Shown here: positions 59,284-64,000 of the stretch, one piece after another
Numbering within the stretch: position 1 is the stretch's first letter
Layout of the letters: the number at the start of each line of letters is the position of its first letter
Assembly: GCA_046292385.1 (NCBI GenBank)
Contig: JBKBRF010000004.1
Location: 111,654 to 175,653, forward strand
DNA length: 64,000 bases
Direction: 5' to 3'
Source: Armatimonadota bacterium
Lineage (GTDB): Bacteria > Armatimonadota > SYMT01
Program-made: the position numbers and the translations under genes
The notes under the pieces: model-generated
The model's database searches: none
Told to the model about the DNA's origin: nothing
Seen by the model: the letters and a program-made list of their open reading frames with translations, nothing else

Positions 59284-60696
59284 CTAGCGCGACACGCTCT
59301 TGAACGAAGGCAGCCGCGCCGGCGCCGCCGCCGGGCTCGGGCTTGCTTCCGGACGTCGGCCCCGGCGGCTGCGGCTGCCGCTGCGGGCGGTGTCCTGCGT
59401 GCTTCCGCGCGACTCCCGCACCGGCGCGGAGCTCGTCGGCTGGGACCGCGTGCCGCTGCTCCGCTTCGGCGGCTGCGGGGCGGGCGCTGCCGGCCGCTCC
59501 TGGGCGCGCGGGCGCGCCTGGCCGCGCGGCTGCCGCGGCGGAGGCGGCACGGAGGGCGCGATGCCGCTCGACTGGTAGTCGAACCCGTCGGCTTTCGCCC
59601 GCGGCAGCGACTTCCCGAGCGCCTTCTCGATGTCTCGCAGGCACGCTTCTTCGTCCGGAGAGACGAACGTCACCGCGTCGCCGCTCGCCTCCGCGCGGGC
59701 CGTCCGCCCCACGCGGTGGATGTAGTCTTCCGTCACGTTCGGCACGTCGAAGTTGACCACGTGGCTCAGCCCGTGGACGTCGATCCCGCGGGCGGCGATG
59801 TCGGTCGCCACCAGCACGCGCGCCTCGCCGCTGCGGAAGCTCGCCAGCGCGTTGGTGCGCTGCGACTGGCTCCGGTTGCCGTGGATCCGCTCGCACGCGA
59901 CGCCGTGCTTGGAGAGGAAGTCGGCCAGGCGGTTGGCACGGTGCTTGGTGCGGGTGAAGACGACGACCGACTGCATCTCTTCGCTCTGCAGCAGGTGGAG
60001 CAGCAGCGGCGACTTCAGCGTCTGCGCCACGGGGTAGAGCTTGTGCGCGATCTTCTTGGCGGGAGTCGCCCGGCGCTCGATGTTGAACGTCACCGGATTC
60101 ACCAGCATGTCGCGCGCCAGCTCCGCGATCGGGCCGGGGAGCGTGGCGGAGAAGAGCAGCGTCTGCCGCTGCTTCGGCACGTGGCTCAGTACCCGTCGGA
60201 TGTCCGGCAGGAAGCCCATGTCGAGCATGCGGTCGGCTTCGTCCAGCACCAGGTGCTCGATGCCGTCCAGCCGGGCGTAGGGGCGGCTCAGGTGATCGAG
60301 CAGGCGGCCCGGCGTGGCGACGAGCACGTCGGCGCCGCGGCGGAACGCCTCTTCCTGGGGACCCATGCCGACCCCGCCGAAGATGGCGGCGCCGGTCAGG
60401 CGCGTGTAGCGGCCCAGGAGCTGCAGGTGCTCGTGGATCTGCGCCGCCAGCTCGCGGGTGGGGGCCAGGATCAGCGCCCGGGTGCGGCCACGGGGCTGCT
60501 TCAGGAGCTGGTTCAGGATCGGCAGGCCGAACGCGGCGGTCTTGCCGCTGCCGGTGGAAGCGCACCCCAGCACGTCGCGCCCCTCCAGGCCGGGAGGAAT
60601 GGCGTCGCGCTGGATGGCGGTCGGCTCGGTGAAGCCGAGCTCCTGGACCGCCCGCCGCAGGTCGGCGTGCAGCTCGAAAGAATCAAAGTGGGACAT
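59284..60696 (-). CDS. DEAD-box ATP-dependent RNA helicase (RhlE/CshA-like)
   Basis: Q motif, Walker A ASTGSGKTAAF, PTRELA, DEAD (VLDEADRMLDMGF), SAT, HRVGRTARA. Basic Arg/Gly/Ser-rich C-terminal tail. Confidence 0.9.
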   Translation of the reverse strand: MSHFDSFELHADLRRAVQELGFTEPTAIQRDAIPPGLEGRDVLGCASTGSGKTAAFGLPILNQLLKQPRGRTRALILAPTRELAAQIHEHLQLLGRYTRLTGAAIFGGVGMGPQEEAFRRGADVLVATPGRLLDHLSRPYARLDGIEHLVLDEADRMLDMGFLPDIRRVLSHVPKQRQTLLFSATLPGPIAELARDMLVNPVTFNIERRATPAKKIAHKLYPVAQTLKSPLLLHLLQSEEMQSVVVFTRTKHRANRLADFLSKHGVACERIHGNRSQSQRTNALASFRSGEARVLVATDIAARGIDVHGLSHVVNFDVPNVTEDYIHRVGRTARAEASGDAVTFVSPDEEACLRDIEKALGKSLPRAKADGFDYQSSGIAPSVPPPPRQPRGQARPRAQERPAAPAPQPPKRSSGTRSQPTSSAPVRESRGSTQDTARSGSRSRRGRRPEASPSPAAAPARLPSFKSVSR

Positions 60697-60959
60697 ATCG
60701 ATCTCGGCGCGGACTCGCGCTGAAGGGCAGCAAGTCGTCGCGCGAAAAAAGGCGCCGCATACCGCGGCAAACGGTGTGGAGGCCGTGGAGAAGGGGCAGC
60801 CGGGGACCCGCCCTGCGGCTCCGCGGAAGTCAATCCGGGTGCGGCGTCCCTCCGGGCGGAGGCTGACCGATCACACGGGCCCGGCGGGCGCTGCACGAGG
60901 GGGATCCCGATCGGGACCGCCTCCGGAGTGCGCCGCGCACTGCCCAGAGTGAGGGGGAA

Positions 60960-61249
60960 CAGTGGACCTGGCCGAAGCCAGCACCGTCACGTTATCACGT
61001 CCGGAAGATTAAAGCAAGCAGTTCACTTTGTAGCGTTGAGAGCGAATGGCGCTCCTGTCCGTAATCTGGTAGAGTTGAATCGCAAGTTCACATCGGGTTC
61101 GTAACGCATTATGGATCACGGAAGCTGTAGCCCGCTCCGCTAGTGCCTTACCCTCATCGGTGTAGCGCGCTGATAAAACCTGGCAGCGGTGCGGTAGGCC
61201 TGCCGCATCCAGCGACCGTCCCCGCTTGGGGAATCTTCCGAGGAACGTG
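60960..61249 (+). promoter_or_regulatory. Long, locally AT-rich (~45% GC) leader upstream of the RRM-protein gene; candidate cold-shock-type 5' UTR
   Basis: A marked GC drop in a 70%-GC genome (gttatcacgtccggaagattaaagcaagcagttcactttgtagcgttgagagcgaatgg...). It lies between the divergent helicase and RNA-binding-protein genes. Confidence 0.35.
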
Positions 61250-61693
61250 ATGAGCAAGAGACTCTACGTCGGCAACCTGTCTTACGACATGTCGGAGCAG
61301 GAGCTGCAGTCCCTTTTCGAGCCGTACGGCGCACGCAGCGTCAACCTGATCACGGAGCACGATGGACGCTCGAAAGGCTTTGCCTTCGTGGAAGTTGACG
61401 ACGAGCAGATGGACGCGGCGATCTCCGCGCTGAATGGCAAAGAGGTGCGGGGACGCAGCCTGAACGTCAATGAAGCGCGGCCGCGCGAGGACCGCGGTGG
61501 TGGCGGTGGTGGTTACGGCGGCGGCGGTGGCGGCGGCCGGCGCGGCGGCGGTGGCGGCGGCTACGGCGGCGGCGGTGGTTACGGCGGCGGCGGCGGTGGC
61601 TACGGTGGTGGTGGCGGCGGCTACGGCGGCGGCGGCGGCGGTGGTGGCCGGCGCGGTGGCGGCGGCGGCGGCCGGGACCGCGGCGGCTGGTAG
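61250..61693 (+). CDS. RRM-type RNA-binding protein with a glycine-rich (RGG/GGYGGG) tail
   Basis: RNP2 LYVGNL and RNP1 KGFAFVEV. The C-terminal tail is (GGGGYGGGGG)n with RRGGGGG. GAGGAAC Shine-Dalgarno. Confidence 0.85.
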   Translation: MSKRLYVGNLSYDMSEQELQSLFEPYGARSVNLITEHDGRSKGFAFVEVDDEQMDAAISALNGKEVRGRSLNVNEARPREDRGGGGGGYGGGGGGGRRGGGGGGYGGGGGYGGGGGGYGGGGGGYGGGGGGGGRRGGGGGGRDRGGW

Positions 61694-61946
61694 TTCCTCC
61701 TTCGGCCCGAGTTACACTCGGCGGAGGCTGAAAGTCGACTCACGCGGGCCGGACTTGCTCCGTAACCCGCGTGAGCGCTCTCGAGCGGGAGGGCCTCGCT
61801 CTCCTCTCCCCCGATCGAACCAAACCTGCTGTGCGTCTAGGCCCCGGGGCTTCTCCGGGGCCGTCCGCTGCGCGCGGGTGGAATACAACGTCCTGCAGCC
61901 GGCGCTGTGCGGACGGTCTAGGGATGTTTAGGAAAGGTGGAAGATC

Positions 61947-62549
61947 GTGAAGACCTGTGTCCTGTGTGACCTGGAAAAGCCGGAAGTGTCCCTGGTGCAA
62001 GTAGTACCCGCAACCTGGACTGGCTTTGGCCGGTTCGTCGCGATCTGCCCCGAGTGCCAGTCTTCGGACCGGTTCACCCGCCTGGTAAAGCAGAAGAAGA
62101 TCGTCTCCGCCAAGCCGGCGAAAGCCGCCAAGGAGAGCACCGAAGCCGCCACCGCGGTCGCCGAGCCGGAGGCCCCGCGCGTCGTGAGTCCGGGTGTCAA
62201 GATCCGGCACCGGAAGTCGGGCGAAGTACTGCTGGAGCTGGAGACCAAGACGCTGACCGAGGCGTCGCTGGTCGGCGCGGCGCTCTCCAACGCGGACCTG
62301 CACGGCACCGGCCTGACGGGCGCGGACCTGCACAACGCCGACCTCCGCCTGGCCGACCTCGCCGGCGCCGATCTCCGGAACGTCGACCTGCGCAACGCCA
62401 ACCTGCGCGGTGCCGATCTCCGCTCCACCGATCTCCGCGGCGCGCGCCTGCAGCGGGCCGATCTGCGGTTCGCGCTCTACGACGAGCAGACCCGCTGGCC
62501 GGAAGGCTTCGACACCGTCGCCTCCGGCGCCCAGCGCCAGGGCCGCTAG
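61947..62549 (+). CDS. Pentapeptide-repeat protein with an N-terminal zinc-ribbon-like motif
   Basis: CVLCD...CPEC N terminus, then ADLHNADLRLADLAGADLRNVDLRNANLRGADLRSTDLRGARLQRADL repeats. Confidence 0.7.
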   Translation: MKTCVLCDLEKPEVSLVQVVPATWTGFGRFVAICPECQSSDRFTRLVKQKKIVSAKPAKAAKESTEAATAVAEPEAPRVVSPGVKIRHRKSGEVLLELETKTLTEASLVGAALSNADLHGTGLTGADLHNADLRLADLAGADLRNVDLRNANLRGADLRSTDLRGARLQRADLRFALYDEQTRWPEGFDTVASGAQRQGR

Positions 62550-62560
62550 CCCTTCGATTT

Positions 62561-62645
62561 GGTTGGCAGGTTAGCAGGTTCCAGGTTAGCGTCCCGTCTG
62601 CGAGAAGCTAAACTTGCAAACCTGCAACCTGCTAACCTGCAACTT
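62561..62645. terminator. Long imperfect inverted repeat built from GCAGGTT/AACCTGC heptamers; bidirectional terminator candidate between convergent genes
   Basis: ggcaggttagcaggttccaggttagcg ... gcaaacctgcaacctgctaacctgcaac. The arms are reverse complements (acctgctaacctgc). Confidence 0.45.
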
Positions 62646-62658
62646 CCTCCGCCCGCTC

Positions 62659-62985
62659 TCAGACCGTGACCAGGAGCTGTCCGTCCTCTTCCCGCACCGG
62701 GTAGGTACGGATGGCGCACGCCGCATCGTTCGCGCAGGCGCCGCCGGCCAGGTCGAACCGGTAGGCGTGGTAAGGACAGATCACCTCTCCGCCCCCGAGG
62801 ATCCCTTCGGAGAGCGGCGCGCCGCGGTGGGGGCAGCGGTCCTGGGTGGCGTAGAGGCTCCCGTCGCGACCGCGGAAGACCGCGATCTCCTGCCCCAGCA
62901 CCAGGAAGCGCCGCCCTTCCCCCGCCGGAACGCGCTCCACCGCGCCCAGCAACACTTCGGTCCGTTCCTCTGCCGCGTTCATCGT
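62659..62985 (-). CDS. nirD: Nitrite reductase [NAD(P)H] small subunit (Rieske-type)
   Basis: CPHRGAPLSEG ... CPYHAYRFDL Rieske 2Fe-2S ligands. Start at the internal MNAAEERT. The longer Arg-rich track ORF is an artefact. Confidence 0.8.
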   Translation of the reverse strand, partial: TMNAAEERTEVLLGAVERVPAGEGRRFLVLGQEIAVFRGRDGSLYATQDRCPHRGAPLSEGILGGGEVICPYHAYRFDLAGGACANDAACAIRTYPVREEDGQLLVTV

Positions 62986-64000
62986 CCACTCCTCGCCGCA
63001 GCCGGCGCGCCCAGGCTCTCCAGCGGGATCAGGCTGCCGGAGAACTGCTCCGGATGGTACGGGCGCTTCGCCTCTTCCCACGGGTCGACGTAGGCGTCGA
63101 CCGCCCGCTGCATCTCCGCGTCCAGCTGCTCCGCGATCCCGTCCACGTCGTCGACCAGGAGCGCGCGCAGGCGGTCGATCCCGATCCGCTCCACGAAGGC
63201 GTGCGTCCGCTCCATCCACTTTCCGTGCTCCCGGTAGTACTGCATGAAGCGGCCGGCCAGCAGGAGCGCCTCCTCCTGGGTGCGCACCTCGCAGAGCAGG
63301 TCGGCGGCGCGGACCTTGCTCCCCGCCGCGCCGCCGATGAAGATCTCCCAGCCGTCGTCGACCGCCACGAAGCCGACGTCCTTCACCGTCGACTCGGCGC
63401 AGTTGCGGGGGCAGCCGCTCGCCGCGAGCTTGACCTTATGCGGGAACTCGATGCCCTGGAACCGCCGCTCCGCCGCCACGCCGAGTGCCGTGGAATCGCC
63501 GACCCCGTAGCGGCAGAACTCGGTGCCGACACAGGTCTTGCAGGTCCGGAACGCCTTGGTGTAGGCATGTCCGCTCGGCATCCCCAGCTCGCGCCAGATC
63601 GCCGGCAGATCTTCCTTCTTCACTCCCAGAATGTCGATGCGCTGTCCGCCGGTGATCTTCACCATCCGCGCCTCGTACCGCTCCGCCACGTCGGCGATCC
63701 GCCGCAGCTCGTCCGGCGAGGTGATGCCGCCGTAGATCCGCGGAATCACGGAGAAGGTGGCGTCCTTCTGGATGTTCGCGTGGACCCGATCGTTGATAAA
63801 CCGGGCGTCCCGCTCGTCCTCGTACTCCTCGTTCCAGAGGGAGCGGAGAAGGGAGGCGAGTCCCATCTTGCTGGCGGCATCTTCCTGCCCGCCGGCAAGC
63901 TCGCGGAACACGGCGCTCACGCTGCGGAGGCCGCGCGCCCGGATCTCCCGCACTAGCTCCGGCTTGGAGTACGGCACGCCCGGCACGTACCAGTCGTCGC
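62979..64000 (-). CDS. nirB: Nitrite reductase [NAD(P)H] large subunit, C-terminal part (gene continues beyond the window end)
   Basis: Siroheme/4Fe-4S region CKTCVGTEFCRYG ... CPRNCAE. The reading frame stays open to the window edge (…DDWYVPGVPY…). Confidence 0.8.
   Translation of the reverse strand, partial: DDWYVPGVPYSKPELVREIRARGLRSVSAVFRELAGGQEDAASKMGLASLLRSLWNEEYEDERDARFINDRVHANIQKDATFSVIPRIYGGITSPDELRRIADVAERYEARMVKITGGQRIDILGVKKEDLPAIWRELGMPSGHAYTKAFRTCKTCVGTEFCRYGVGDSTALGVAAERRFQGIEFPHKVKLAASGCPRNCAESTVKDVGFVAVDDGWEIFIGGAAGSKVRAADLLCEVRTQEEALLLAGRFMQYYREHGKWMERTHAFVERIGIDRLRALLVDDVDGIAEQLDAEMQRAVDAYVDPWEEAKRPYHPEQFSGSLIPLESLGAPAAARSGR

Overview
This is a high-GC (~70%) bacterial chromosomal window, densely coding, with most genes on the minus strand. 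I identified products by reading the six-frame translations for family motifs; no database searches were run. Coordinates I derived by hand carry about +/-2 nt of uncertainty.

Gene content, 5' to 3':
- The tail of a Uma2-family endonuclease, then ispG.
- A complete F1Fo ATP synthase operon, atpZ-atpI-atpB-atpE-atpF-atpH-atpA-atpG-atpD-atpC (3529-11901, minus strand). It is preceded by, and translationally overlapped with, an aspartate kinase that has an extra N-terminal ACT region.
- A probable origin-proximal region: EEP nuclease, dnaA (not followed by dnaN), then sucC-sucD-mdh on the plus strand, with a strand switch across it.
- A Doc toxin paired with an AbrB/MazE-type antitoxin, plus an upstream palindromic operator.
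- A minus-strand block of envelope and secreted functions: 2-hydroxyacid dehydrogenase, mogA, Gfo/Idh/MocA oxidoreductase, a ceramidase-like hydrolase, arylsulfatase.
- A ~23 kb co-directional supercluster (30508-53582): HEAT-repeat lipoprotein, Tat-exported protein, a giant Q-rich membrane protein, two secreted prenyltransferase/squalene-oxidase-repeat proteins, an NPCBM protein, MoxR, DUF58, BatA-like, vWA and PQQ beta-propeller proteins. This is a Bat-like MoxR/vWA system expanded with alpha/alpha-toroid proteins.
- A sialidase plus SGNH esterase, a serine hydrolase, a DEAD-box helicase divergent from an RRM/glycine-rich RNA-binding protein, a second pentapeptide-repeat protein, and nirD with partial nirB at the window end.

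Most notable: a Bcp/PrxQ-type peroxiredoxin gene (24655-25152, minus strand) has an in-frame UGA exactly at the peroxidatic-cysteine position, followed by a SECIS-like hairpin. This makes it a candidate selenoprotein that standard ORF calling splits or misses.

Several non-coding repeat families recur in intergenic spacers:
- G-rich heptamer TTAGGG-like repeats at four loci.
- A ~150-bp MITE-like element with 12-bp terminal inverted repeats, in two copies.
- A ~90-bp hairpin repeat in two copies.
- Tandem C5/G5 hairpins.
- (AACCTGC)n inverted-repeat elements.
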